Part shown: one piece after another, positions 47,719 to 57,315 of the stretch
Numbering within the stretch: position 1 is the stretch's first letter
Layout: every line of letters begins with the position of its first letter
Assembly: GCA_965230975.1 (NCBI GenBank)
Contig: OZ246402.1
Coordinates: 711,228-775,227 of the forward strand
Direction: 5' to 3'
DNA: 64,000 nt
DNA from: an uncultured Candidatus Saccharibacteria bacterium
GTDB lineage: Bacteria; Patescibacteriota; Dojkabacteria; J137
Notes under the pieces: generated by a model
The model's input: the letters and a program-made list of their open reading frames with translations, nothing else
Databases searched by the model: none
Told to the model about the DNA's origin: nothing
Position numbers and translations under genes: made by a program

Positions 47719-48555
47719 ATGGCAATAGATGGTAAAAATATATCTTTACAAATTTATAAAGACATACAATCAAAACATTTATCTAATTTAAAATTAGCTA
47801 TTATTTTAGCTAATGATGATGAATCTTCAAAAAAATATACTGATCTTAAGAAATCATATGGTGAAAAATTAGGAATTTCTGTAGAAATATTTAGATTTGA
47901 TAAAAATTCCACCAAAGATAAAATTATTAATTTAATCTCACAATTAAATGCAGATGACTCCTTTAATGGAATAGTTGTGCAATTACCACTTTTTAAACAT
48001 CTTGAAGATGACACATTTGAAATATTAAATAATATAGACTATAGAAAGGATGCAGATGGTTTAACTACAACATCATTAGCAAGTGCATTTAATTACAATG
48101 AAAACTCTATAATGCCTGCTGCAGTGGAGGCTGTTTTAATAGCCTTGTCGCAAGCAAAAGATCCAAATGATTTGAACGGGCAGAGTATTTTAATAATAAA
48201 TAACAGCAATCTAGTTGGAAACCCATTGGCAATCGTATTGTCAAGATTTAATGCTACAGTAACAATCGCTAACGAGTTTACAAAGAACCTAAAAGATCTT
48301 ACATTGAATTCAGATATAATAGTTTCTGCTACTGGAGTTACGAATATTATCGAAGCTAAAGATATTAAAATGGGAGCTATTTTAATAGATGTAACAAGCG
48401 TTTCTTTAAATGGAATGGTTTTGGGAGATTTTGTTTATGATCAAGATCTAATTAATAAATGCAGTGCCTATACAAAGGTTCCAGGAGGAATTGGCCCAAT
48501 TACAGTAGCATCTTTGTTTAAGAACTTAGTAAGGTTAAAGGAAATATATGGATAA
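47719..48555 (+). CDS. folD: Methylenetetrahydrofolate dehydrogenase/cyclohydrolase
   Basis: GIVVQLPL, KDADG, SNLVGNPL, VPGGIGPIT. Confidence 0.95.
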   Translation: MAIDGKNISLQIYKDIQSKHLSNLKLAIILANDDESSKKYTDLKKSYGEKLGISVEIFRFDKNSTKDKIINLISQLNADDSFNGIVVQLPLFKHLEDDTFEILNNIDYRKDADGLTTTSLASAFNYNENSIMPAAVEAVLIALSQAKDPNDLNGQSILIINNSNLVGNPLAIVLSRFNATVTIANEFTKNLKDLTLNSDIIVSATGVTNIIEAKDIKMGAILIDVTSVSLNGMVLGDFVYDQDLINKCSAYTKVPGGIGPITVASLFKNLVRLKEIYG

Positions 48556-49108
48556 TTTAGAACAAAACAAATTTGATATATCTTTAATAAAACTAATAGT
48601 AGGCCTTGGCAATATGGGCAATGAATTTATTGCTACAAGACACAATGTTGGGTTTGAATTTTTAGACTCACTTGTTTCTGGAGCAAGATTTAAAGAGGAT
48701 AAGGACTTTTTTGCAGATTTTATTGAAGCAAAAATTGAAGATCAAAAGGTTTTACTAATGAAACCTAGGACAATGATGAATCTTTCAGGAAAAGCTGTTA
48801 TTGCTGCAACTAACTTTTATAAAATTAAACCAGAAGAAGTTTTAGTAGTTCATGATGATTTAGACATTAAATTAGGTGCGTTTAAAATACATTTTTCAAA
48901 AGGTCCTAAAGTTCATAATGGTATTCTATCAATTGAAAATAGATTTGGGACTCCAGATTTTTGGCGGTTAAGAATTGGCGTAGATAATAGAGATGTTGTA
49001 ACTAGAAATCATATGACAGGTGCTGCATATGTTTTAGGTAAATTTAAAGCAGATGAAAGAAATTTGATAATACAAACTTACAACGATATAATCAATCAAT
49101 ACTTCTAA
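48548..49108 (+). CDS. pth: Peptidyl-tRNA hydrolase
   Basis: IVGLGN, TRHNVG, MNLSG, VHDDLD, HNGI, RLRIG. Confidence 0.97.
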   Translation: MDNLEQNKFDISLIKLIVGLGNMGNEFIATRHNVGFEFLDSLVSGARFKEDKDFFADFIEAKIEDQKVLLMKPRTMMNLSGKAVIAATNFYKIKPEEVLVVHDDLDIKLGAFKIHFSKGPKVHNGILSIENRFGTPDFWRLRIGVDNRDVVTRNHMTGAAYVLGKFKADERNLIIQTYNDIINQYF

Positions 49109-49113
49109 GTTTT

Positions 49114-49440
49114 TCAAAAAAGATTAATTAGCATTTTCTCAATATCTTTACTACTAATTCGGGCAAGCCCAGGAGTTTTAGCAATTATCAAATATTTCCC
49201 CTTGCGAGGTTGACTATCCTTTAATATTTCAATTAAAGCAGCTCTAAACTTTCTTTTAATAGTATTGCGGACAACAGCGCTTTTACTTACTTTTAAACCA
49301 ACTGCAAGTGCAAATTGAGGGTATTCTAGAGAATTATCCCACCAAACTTTTATATCAAAAAGTTCTGATTGAAGTCTTTTACCCATTTTTGCAACCTGGG
49401 CAATCTCATTTGTGTTTAACCTATACTGTTTTGGAAGCAT
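49114..49440 (-). CDS. rnpA: Ribonuclease P protein component
   Basis: MLPKQYRL; KVSKSAVVRNTIKRKFR RNR motif. Confidence 0.92.
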   Translation of the reverse strand: MLPKQYRLNTNEIAQVAKMGKRLQSELFDIKVWWDNSLEYPQFALAVGLKVSKSAVVRNTIKRKFRAALIEILKDSQPRKGKYLIIAKTPGLARISSKDIEKMLINLF

Positions 49441-49590
49441 ATTGAATTATACTAAGATTCATTAAAGAAAGCACCAAAAGTCATATCGAAAAATACTTTA
49501 AATTTTGTTATCATTACAAGTTACGCTACTTCATTGGACTGGGAATGAAAATGCGAATTGAATTTAATATTATAAATGTAAGAAAAAATT

Positions 49591-50955
49591 ATGATAAAGA
49601 TAGAATTTCATGGTGCTGCAAAAACTGTAACAGGTTCAAATTATTTAGTAACAACAGATAAATACCAATTTGTTGTAGATTGCGGAATGTTTCAAGGGCC
49701 AGATGTAGAACACTTAAACCTTAAAGAATTAGATTATGACCCTTCTAAATTAGACTTTGCGCTATTAACACACGCACACATAGATCACTCTGGAATGTTA
49801 CCAAAACTAACAGTAAGAGGCTTTAACGGTAAAATTTATGCTACAAGCCATAGCGTACAAATATCAACAGAATTACTTTTAGATTCTGCAAAAATACAAG
49901 AAAACTCATTCCAAAAAGGTTTACCTTATGGTAGATACACAGGAATAAAAGCAATAGTATTTAATACAAGAGACGCCATAGAAACTATAGGTAAGTTTTC
50001 TGTAGTAAATTTTGAAGAAACTTTTGAACCTGTTCCAGGAATTAAAATTAAATTCTTGAGAGCTGGGCACATATTGGGTGCCGCTTCAATTGAAATTGAT
50101 ATTGATGATAATGGACAAAATAAAAAAATTATTTTCTCTGGAGATATTGGTAGAAAAAAGAGTCATATAATTGAAACATTTGATGCAAATTATAAATCTA
50201 ATCCTGATATTGTTCTTATTGAATCTCTTTACGGAGGTCAAATTCATCCAGACAGAGACGAATCTGCAAGAGAGCTGATTAACATTATAAATAAGACAGT
50301 AGAAAACAGAGGTAATGTATTTATTCCATGTTTTGCAGTTCAAAGAGCTCAGGAGGTTTTGAATGATATTAAAAATGCTAAGGATTCTGGCGTTATGCCA
50401 AAAGAAACTCAAGTTTGGTTAGATTCACCTTTAGCTCAAAGAGTTACAAATATCTACACACAAGCACTTCAAACTACAGAAAAAGATCTGTTCAATTTTG
50501 ATAACCTTGTTTATGTAAAAAAGGCAAAACAGTCGGCTGGAATAACTAATAAAACAGGTAATGTTATCTTGGCAGGTAGTGGAATGGCAGATGGAGGTAG
50601 AATACAAAACCACTTAATTAAAGGTCTTCAAAACTCTAAAAACAGTGTTATTTTTGTAGGATTTCAAGCAGAAGGAACATTGGGTAGAGAACTTATTAGC
50701 GGTGCTAAAAGAGTAACTATTGAAAAAAACAGTGTGAAAGTAAATGCTCAAATTTATCATTTACAAGGTTTTTCCGCACATGGAGACAATAATGACTATA
50801 CTGCTTGGATAAACAGGTTCATTAGCCCTAATTTAAAAAGAGTATTTATGGTTCATGCAGAAGAAGAAAGGGCATTAATGCTTAAAAGCCACTTTGAAAC
50901 GCTTGGAATTCACAATTCGTACATTCCTTCAATGGAAGAGGTTGTTGAGCTGTAA
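49591..50955 (+). CDS. MBL-fold beta-CASP ribonuclease (Ysh1-like)
   Basis: THAHIDHSG, AGHILG, SGDIG, GFSAHGD, VHAE. Confidence 0.93.
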   Translation: MIKIEFHGAAKTVTGSNYLVTTDKYQFVVDCGMFQGPDVEHLNLKELDYDPSKLDFALLTHAHIDHSGMLPKLTVRGFNGKIYATSHSVQISTELLLDSAKIQENSFQKGLPYGRYTGIKAIVFNTRDAIETIGKFSVVNFEETFEPVPGIKIKFLRAGHILGAASIEIDIDDNGQNKKIIFSGDIGRKKSHIIETFDANYKSNPDIVLIESLYGGQIHPDRDESARELINIINKTVENRGNVFIPCFAVQRAQEVLNDIKNAKDSGVMPKETQVWLDSPLAQRVTNIYTQALQTTEKDLFNFDNLVYVKKAKQSAGITNKTGNVILAGSGMADGGRIQNHLIKGLQNSKNSVIFVGFQAEGTLGRELISGAKRVTIEKNSVKVNAQIYHLQGFSAHGDNNDYTAWINRFISPNLKRVFMVHAEEERALMLKSHFETLGIHNSYIPSMEEVVEL

Positions 50956-50984
50956 AAATTTGAAAATAAATATAAAATAAGAGT

Positions 50985-51293
50985 ATGTCAAAAGTTACAA
51001 AAGACGAAATAAAAAAAATAGCAAAACTTGCAAAGCTTGAACTTTCTGAGTCAGAGGTAGAAAAATTTGAAAACGAATTTAACGACATTCTAGGCTATGT
51101 ATCAAAAATACAAGAAGTAGACGTATCTGGAATTGATTTTGAACATAATATACAAAATCATTTAGGTGATAAACTTGCACCAGATACAGTCAAGACTTCT
51201 TTAAATAAAGATAAAGCTCTTGAAAATGCTACTAATGGCAGAAGTAAAAATGGTTACTTTAAAACCAGTAAAATAGTAAACAAAGAAGAATAG
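50985..51293 (+). CDS. gatC: Asp/Glu-tRNA amidotransferase subunit C
   Basis: IKKIAKLAKLEL..ILGYVSKIQEVDV..ALENA..GYFK. Confidence 0.9.
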   Translation: MSKVTKDEIKKIAKLAKLELSESEVEKFENEFNDILGYVSKIQEVDVSGIDFEHNIQNHLGDKLAPDTVKTSLNKDKALENATNGRSKNGYFKTSKIVNKEE

Positions 51294-51309
51294 ATAATAT
51301 TATTAAACA

Positions 51310-51969
51310 TTAAAGTCTTATTCTAGCTAGCTTTCTGTAAGCTGGCGCTCCACCAAGAGTTGTTTGGCTTTCCATAACATCTATATATTCGGGTACAAAC
51401 TCTAAGGGTGCTTCTAATTTGATCACTTTGATTAATGACTCAACCTCTCTAATAAGACTTTTAGGTGCGTGAGGTTTTATTCTAGCTACAGTAATATGAA
51501 AACTATCTGAATGTTTAACTTTCCATCTTACAGTATCTTCTAAACCCATCTCTTTTAATAATGTATGTACAATATTAGCAATGTTAAGTAATTCTGGGCT
51601 ATCTTCAACCTCTGAAAGTACGTGTACAGGATCAAGTTGATCCGGGAAACCAAATTGTACGGGTTTAATTTTAATAGTTGGCTTAGAAAACTGACCTTGC
51701 AAACTTGTTAATCTTTGAATTAAAAAATCCTTGCTTGCATTACTAACCTCTGGACCTATAAATTTAACTGTAATGTGTATTTGATCAAGTGGAATAGGCC
51801 TTAAATTTCTTTTTTGTTTATCTAGCTCTCTTAAAACATTTCTAAAATATTCGCGATATTCTTCAGGAGGGAAAATAGCTAAAAACAATCTGTATGTACC
51901 CGGCTTTTGCAATGGCTTTCTTTTCTTTTTAAACCTATCGTCAGGAAGTCTTTTTCTTTGATTATTCAT
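51310..51969 (-). CDS. 2H phosphoesterase (ThpR/LigT RNA 2',3'-cyclic phosphodiesterase-like)
   Basis: RLFLAI plus two HxT motifs (HITVKF, HITVAR). Confidence 0.88.
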   Translation of the reverse strand: MNNQRKRLPDDRFKKKRKPLQKPGTYRLFLAIFPPEEYREYFRNVLRELDKQKRNLRPIPLDQIHITVKFIGPEVSNASKDFLIQRLTSLQGQFSKPTIKIKPVQFGFPDQLDPVHVLSEVEDSPELLNIANIVHTLLKEMGLEDTVRWKVKHSDSFHITVARIKPHAPKSLIREVESLIKVIKLEAPLEFVPEYIDVMESQTTLGGAPAYRKLARIRL

Positions 51970-52006
51970 ACTGGTATTTTAACACATACCCTATAGATTA
52001 TACTGA

Positions 52007-53053
52007 TTATAAAAATAATTGTTGAACATCAAAATCTTCTGGTGGCGTTGAATCGTTTGATTCAGAAGTGTTGCTATTTTCAGATTTAGTATCGTTGGTT
52101 TTTGGTTTTGCCCCACTCCAAAATCTTGTATTGTTTAAGAACATATACGGTTTACTAAACTCGCTACCTTCAGGTATCAAATTAATTTGTGATAATGCAG
52201 ACCTGGTTTTAGCAGATAAATTATCTATATGTGTTAGCATTAACGCCTCCGTTGTACTTGGTAAGACTGGACTTCCCATATCAATTGAACCATGGTGAGA
52301 AAGTATCAGGTGACAAATATGTAAAAATGTATCTTCTGGCAAATCTTTTCCTCCAAACCTTTCAAACATCATAACACCCAATACTATATGACCAATTAAA
52401 CCACCTTTTTTTGTATAGACAGTAGAAACTCCATTTGTACCAAGCTCTTCTATTTTTCCAATATCGTGTAAAATAATTCCAGCGGTTAGAACATCATAAT
52501 TAAGTTGAGGGTAAAACCTTCTCATGCTTTTAGAAATAGTTATCATTTCTAATACATGTTGAAGCAGTCCAGACCTAAAATCATGGTGTATTGAGCTTGC
52601 AGCAACAGAGTATTTAAACTTACTAAGAACCTCGGGGTCTTTTAAAATTTTTGTTAATACCTTTTTTATCCCTTCATCTTGAATTTGATTTACTTCTTGC
52701 ATCAACTCATTAATCATGTCATCTGCGTTATATTCACTAGATTCTAAAAAATCATCTAAAGCGTTTTCATCTACACCCTCGGCTTTTAAAATATTCATTT
52801 GCAAATTCCCTTTATATTCTTCAATCTTTGCAGATACAGATATTATTTTTCCAACTTCTAAACACTTAATATCAACGCTAGGTAATTTATCGTTCCAAAT
52901 TTTTGATTGAACCCTACCGGTTTTATCTCCTAACACTAGTTTATAATATGGCTTACCATTTTTATCTTCCATTTTTTCCGATTCAAAAACGGCAAATGTT
53001 TCAGAGTCAATAACCTGATTTTTAACAAAATCTTTTACATATGTACTTTTCAT
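52007..53053 (-). CDS. YhaM-like 3'-5' exoribonuclease (OB plus HD)
   Basis: LGDKTG OB fold, HHDFRSGLLQH, LHDIGK, SHHG. Confidence 0.9.
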   Translation of the reverse strand: MKSTYVKDFVKNQVIDSETFAVFESEKMEDKNGKPYYKLVLGDKTGRVQSKIWNDKLPSVDIKCLEVGKIISVSAKIEEYKGNLQMNILKAEGVDENALDDFLESSEYNADDMINELMQEVNQIQDEGIKKVLTKILKDPEVLSKFKYSVAASSIHHDFRSGLLQHVLEMITISKSMRRFYPQLNYDVLTAGIILHDIGKIEELGTNGVSTVYTKKGGLIGHIVLGVMMFERFGGKDLPEDTFLHICHLILSHHGSIDMGSPVLPSTTEALMLTHIDNLSAKTRSALSQINLIPEGSEFSKPYMFLNNTRFWSGAKPKTNDTKSENSNTSESNDSTPPEDFDVQQLFL

Positions 53054-53109
53054 ATATTTACAAACACTTAATTATTAATAGTATTTTACCAGAAGTTATA
53101 AATTGGAGC

Positions 53110-53394
53110 TTAATTAAATTTTATAAAGTAGTAAAGCCAAAATCCCGCAATACTTGCTACTTCAATAATAATTGAAAGTATAATCCCCACAACTTTCATC
53201 CCTCTAAGTAATAGAGCATTAGGTAGTATTTTAACTACTCCAAAAAGTATAGATACAATGTTAATAACCGTGGCAGCTATACTTACGGCTAAAAATGCGC
53301 CAGCATCTCCTAAAAAAGATGTTCTTAATGCTAAATATGCAACTATAGGAATGGCAATGCTTCTAAGAACTGTAAAAAAGATTCTTATTAACAT
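53110..53394 (-). CDS. Small membrane protein
   Basis: Three hydrophobic segments. Confidence 0.65.
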   Translation of the reverse strand: MLIRIFFTVLRSIAIPIVAYLALRTSFLGDAGAFLAVSIAATVINIVSILFGVVKILPNALLLRGMKVVGIILSIIIEVASIAGFWLYYFIKFN

Positions 53395-53396
53395 AC

Positions 53397-53675
53397 TTAT
53401 ATTATTTTATCTTTTAAAAACCAAGTAAACACACCACCAACTATCAATCCTGCAATTACTCCTACAATAGCCCCATTAACAAAGCTAGTTTGAGTTTCCT
53501 CACTAACTGCTGGACTTTGAGTAGATGGTTGTTCTGTAGAATCATCACCAACTGGCAATTCGGGTTGAGTATTTTCTTCAATTACCGGAGCCATTAAAGT
53601 TGTGTCTTGAGCAACTATATGAAAAGGTAATAAAGAAGTTAAAATCAATACTGCAAAAAGAGTTAAAATTTTCAT
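53397..53675 (-). CDS. Small protein with signal peptide and C-terminal TM
   Basis: Hydrophobic ends around an acidic P/T/E-rich linker. Confidence 0.65.
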   Translation of the reverse strand: MKILTLFAVLILTSLLPFHIVAQDTTLMAPVIEENTQPELPVGDDSTEQPSTQSPAVSEETQTSFVNGAIVGVIAGLIVGGVFTWFLKDKII

Positions 53676-53744
53676 AAAGGTTTAAAATAATTACTAATAA
53701 TAATACTTTAGTTATAAAATATTTTAAAGTAGAAACCAAAATAA

Positions 53745-53772
53745 AAGCGGTCCCAATTTCTTGGGACCGCTT
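53745..53772. terminator. Intrinsic terminator-like hairpin
   Basis: AAGCGGTCCCAA-TTTC-TTGGGACCGCTT. Confidence 0.75.
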
Positions 53773-53792
53773 GTGTTAAAAACATTTTAAAA

Positions 53793-55553
53793 TTACAAAT
53801 CCGTATCTATGTTTTTTATTGGTAAGCAGGCATCATCTGAAATTTCTGGCAAATCAGGTAAATCTGCATATCCAACATTACAAGTACTTGAAGTTGGAGC
53901 TTTTGCAATAAATTTAAGTGTAAATTCATAGTAATTACCCGGAGCGATTGACCCTAACACACTGCTAGATGCTACATTTGCAATTTGAATTTCTCCATTA
54001 ATTTTCAATGTTAAGTGTGGGTTTATATCAGATATAGAACCACCTGAGCTTTTAATTGCAGAACCACCAACATATGTTATGTAGTTTGAATTATAGACAT
54101 CTCTAAATCTTACATTTGTAAGAGTTGTTTGACCAATATTTGTAATTCGTACTCTAAAAGTTACAAGCTCACCAATATTGAAAGGACCTTGGTTTCCTTC
54201 TAATACTTTTTCAATTTTATAGTTAGGCGGAATTACCTCTTGTGGCTGACATGTTGCAGAACTAGTATTTGACGGTAGTCTACATCTGTTTGTTCCGTCA
54301 ATGTTTGTACAACTTAATCCAGATGGACATAATAAGTCAGTATTATTACAAAGGTCATTACACTTTGGTTGTACAACCGCTGGTTGGCAAGTTGCAGAAC
54401 TTGGGTTTGCAGGCAATCTACATCTATTTGTTCCTGCTACATTTGTACAGGTTAATCCATTACCACAAAGTCTATTAGTTGTATTACACTCATCATTACA
54501 TGCAACAGTTTGAGGTTGTTCAGGTTGACATGTTGCAGATGATAGATTTGCAGGTAATCTACATCTATTAATGCCAGCAATATTTGTACAAGTTAAACCA
54601 TTACCACAAAGTCTATCTGAAGTATTACACTCGTCATTACAAGAAACAGTTTGAGTTTGTGGAGGTTGGCAAGCAACCCATTCTGGATGATCTGTTAATC
54701 TACATTTATAGCCTCCACCTAAATTAGTGCAAGTTAAACCATTTTGACAAGCTCTACCATTATCTGATGGACCACATGGGTGTTCACAAGCAGCTAATGA
54801 TGGTTGAACTGGTGGGTTTGTAGGAGTAGGAGGTGTGACAGTATTTGTTGGGAAACAGTCACCAGAACAATTTATTCTAGATCTGAAAACTAAATTTACT
54901 CCAGATGTTTTTATACAATCTGCTTGTCTAACGCTACAGCTTGGTGTACCTGCAATAAACGCCATAGCTTCTGATTCGCCTACAATTTTAATTGCACTGG
55001 TAGTAGGATTACATCCTTGAGCATAGGTTCCACAAGCATTCTGCTGAGCACTACACTCGTATAATTGCCATAAACCACTCTCACATTTGCCATTTTGGTA
55101 TTTACCACTTTGTGTTCCTATTGTACCTATATAGCCTTGGTTTGTTGAACCAGAAGTACCGCCACTATTGTTATTATTGTTTTGACTTGCATTATAGTCT
55201 GAAGGACAGTTTTCAGGTGTTTCTCCTGGTGGATTGTATTGACCATCTCCACAAGAAGCTGGTGTACCTCCTGTTCCACCATTACCAACACAAATATTTA
55301 CACAAGCATTGTAACAACCTTCAACCCATTGAGGGTTATTATTTTGCATTCCACCTTGAATACAACTTTGAGTACATTGATCGATTGTTTGAAAGTTCGA
55401 GTTACCTGGGCAAGAATCTGCACTTTGAGCGAAAGCGAGTCTATCACTATTAGTTACAATACTAAATGCGGTAAATATTCCGGCAATTATTAATATAAAC
55501 GTATATAAATATAATGCTACCTTTATGTTCATTTTCGGGATTTGTATTTTCAT
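53793..55553 (-). CDS. Exported Cys-rich repeat protein with C-terminal DUF11-like Ig domain
   Basis: N-terminal TM/signal; CNDEC..CGNGLTC..RCRLP..CQP repeats; VTFRVRITNIG. Confidence 0.85.
   Translation of the reverse strand: MKIQIPKMNIKVALYLYTFILIIAGIFTAFSIVTNSDRLAFAQSADSCPGNSNFQTIDQCTQSCIQGGMQNNNPQWVEGCYNACVNICVGNGGTGGTPASCGDGQYNPPGETPENCPSDYNASQNNNNNSGGTSGSTNQGYIGTIGTQSGKYQNGKCESGLWQLYECSAQQNACGTYAQGCNPTTSAIKIVGESEAMAFIAGTPSCSVRQADCIKTSGVNLVFRSRINCSGDCFPTNTVTPPTPTNPPVQPSLAACEHPCGPSDNGRACQNGLTCTNLGGGYKCRLTDHPEWVACQPPQTQTVSCNDECNTSDRLCGNGLTCTNIAGINRCRLPANLSSATCQPEQPQTVACNDECNTTNRLCGNGLTCTNVAGTNRCRLPANPSSATCQPAVVQPKCNDLCNNTDLLCPSGLSCTNIDGTNRCRLPSNTSSATCQPQEVIPPNYKIEKVLEGNQGPFNIGELVTFRVRITNIGQTTLTNVRFRDVYNSNYITYVGGSAIKSSGGSISDINPHLTLKINGEIQIANVASSSVLGSIAPGNYYEFTLKFIAKAPTSSTCNVGYADLPDLPEISDDACLPIKNIDTDL
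54243..54790 (-). repeat. Four 138-141 bp coding repeats
   Basis: TCTACAT anchors at 54279, 54417, 54558 and 54699. Confidence 0.85.
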
Positions 55554-55811
55554 ACTTTTAACTAAAAAGTAATAATTCTATATTAAAGACAAGCAAAAAT
55601 ATGCTTATTCAAATATATCGATTATATCATGACAAAAACAAAATAGTCACTATTAAAATAAAGCTATAAACATTATTGATAAACGCTTATAGCAAAGACT
55701 ATTCATGCTTTGTAAACAAAGTGTAAATATAAAAATCAACTCAAATTCAATCAACTTTAGAGCTTAATAGTGATTTTTGTAATACAATATGAAAGTCATA
55801 AATTTAACACT

Positions 55812-57167
55812 ATGTTTGGCAGGAATAAAAGCAAAAAACATACAACACTAATTTCTAAACGAGACTCTAAAATTACTAAGCACAAAAAGCCAAGTACTAA
55901 AGGAAAGCCAGATATTCAAATTTTAATCGTATCTACGTTTCTAACACTATTTGGAGTAATTATGGTTTTCAGTGCAAGTGCATTTTTAAGCTTGCAAAAC
56001 GAAAGCTTTAATAATGACCCATTTTATATATTCAATAGACACCTAATTTGGATTTTTGCATCTGTAATATTTGCATATATATTTTATAAATTGCCAATCA
56101 ATAGTCTTACAAAGCTTTCGCTTGTATGGATTATTATCATGATAGTGATTATGATTTACATGTTGCCAGAAGCTTTATCTTCAATAGCAGACCCTCAAAC
56201 TTGTAGAAAAGCAATCGAAATGCCTTTGGTAAACACAAAAAATTGTGGAACAAGATGGATTGATTTAGGCTTTTTTGATATGCAACCATCTGAATTTATA
56301 AAAATTCCGCTTATTATTTTTACAGCTTATTGGATTAGTTTAGGAGACAAATCAAAAAAGAAAGTAGAGGAGTACATAAAGAGATTTAAAAATAATGAAG
56401 TTCTTCATTTCATATTATATGTAAGCTTGGTTTTCTTACCATTCCTTTTACTCGCAATTGTGGTACTTCTTGTATTAGCACAAAGAGACTTAGATAGCGC
56501 AATTGTTATTGCAGTTCCAATAATAGCGATTTATTTTGCGGCCACTACAAAAAGATCTCAAATCTACTCATTAATAGGTGTTTTAGTAATAGGCGTTTTT
56601 GCCGGTTTATTATTAGTTACACAACAAGACTATAGACGAGGAAGGTCTGATTCTTATGTAGAGATCTTACTAGAAGGAGAACCCAGTGTACAATCTCAAT
56701 CGTCAACAGGATTTCAAGTTTGGCATGGTTTAATAGCAATAGGTTCTGGTGGAGTATTTGGGAAAGGTTATAACGAATCAAGAGAAAAATTTTACTACTT
56801 GCAAGAAGCAGCTTATACAGATTCTATATTTGCCGTAACTGCAGAGGAATTTGGTTTAATAGGGTCAGTAACAATTTTATTAAGTTTTCTATTTCTTGGC
56901 TCAAGAGGTTTTAGAAATGCATCTGAAAATCCTAGCAAATTTGAATCATATGTAATTATTGGGATAACAACTTGGATTTTAATTCAGGCATTCCTGAATA
57001 TTGCGGCAAACTTATCTATTATTCCTTTCGCAGGAATGCCGTTACCTTTCTTTTCTTATGGCGGAAGCAATACTTTAATGATTTTAATTGCTATTGGAGT
57101 TTTGCTCAATTTAAGCAGAAAACATATATCTACTAGAGATAATCCACTATTTAGAAGGCGAATTTAA
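55812..57167 (+). CDS. FtsW/RodA/SpoVE (SEDS) protein
   Basis: GVIMVFSAS, RWIDLG, QPSEFIK, TDSIFAVTAEEFG, LPFFSYGGS. Confidence 0.95.
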   Translation: MFGRNKSKKHTTLISKRDSKITKHKKPSTKGKPDIQILIVSTFLTLFGVIMVFSASAFLSLQNESFNNDPFYIFNRHLIWIFASVIFAYIFYKLPINSLTKLSLVWIIIMIVIMIYMLPEALSSIADPQTCRKAIEMPLVNTKNCGTRWIDLGFFDMQPSEFIKIPLIIFTAYWISLGDKSKKKVEEYIKRFKNNEVLHFILYVSLVFLPFLLLAIVVLLVLAQRDLDSAIVIAVPIIAIYFAATTKRSQIYSLIGVLVIGVFAGLLLVTQQDYRRGRSDSYVEILLEGEPSVQSQSSTGFQVWHGLIAIGSGGVFGKGYNESREKFYYLQEAAYTDSIFAVTAEEFGLIGSVTILLSFLFLGSRGFRNASENPSKFESYVIIGITTWILIQAFLNIAANLSIIPFAGMPLPFFSYGGSNTLMILIAIGVLLNLSRKHISTRDNPLFRRRI

Positions 57168-57260
57168 AGGTTTAATTTGCTATAAATTAACTTTGAATAA
57201 ACACTCATAATTTTCAAAATAAATGCACCAAGGCTATTTTATTAAGTGTAAAAGTAAAAC

Positions 57261-57304
57261 GCGGTTGAGTAGTTATTAAGTTCAAATTTTAACTACTCAA
57301 CCGC
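57261..57304. repeat. Perfect 15-bp inverted repeat between convergent genes
   Basis: GCGGTTGAGTAGTTA-N14-TAACTACTCAACCGC. Confidence 0.85.
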
Positions 57305-57315
57305 TTAAAGTTTGT

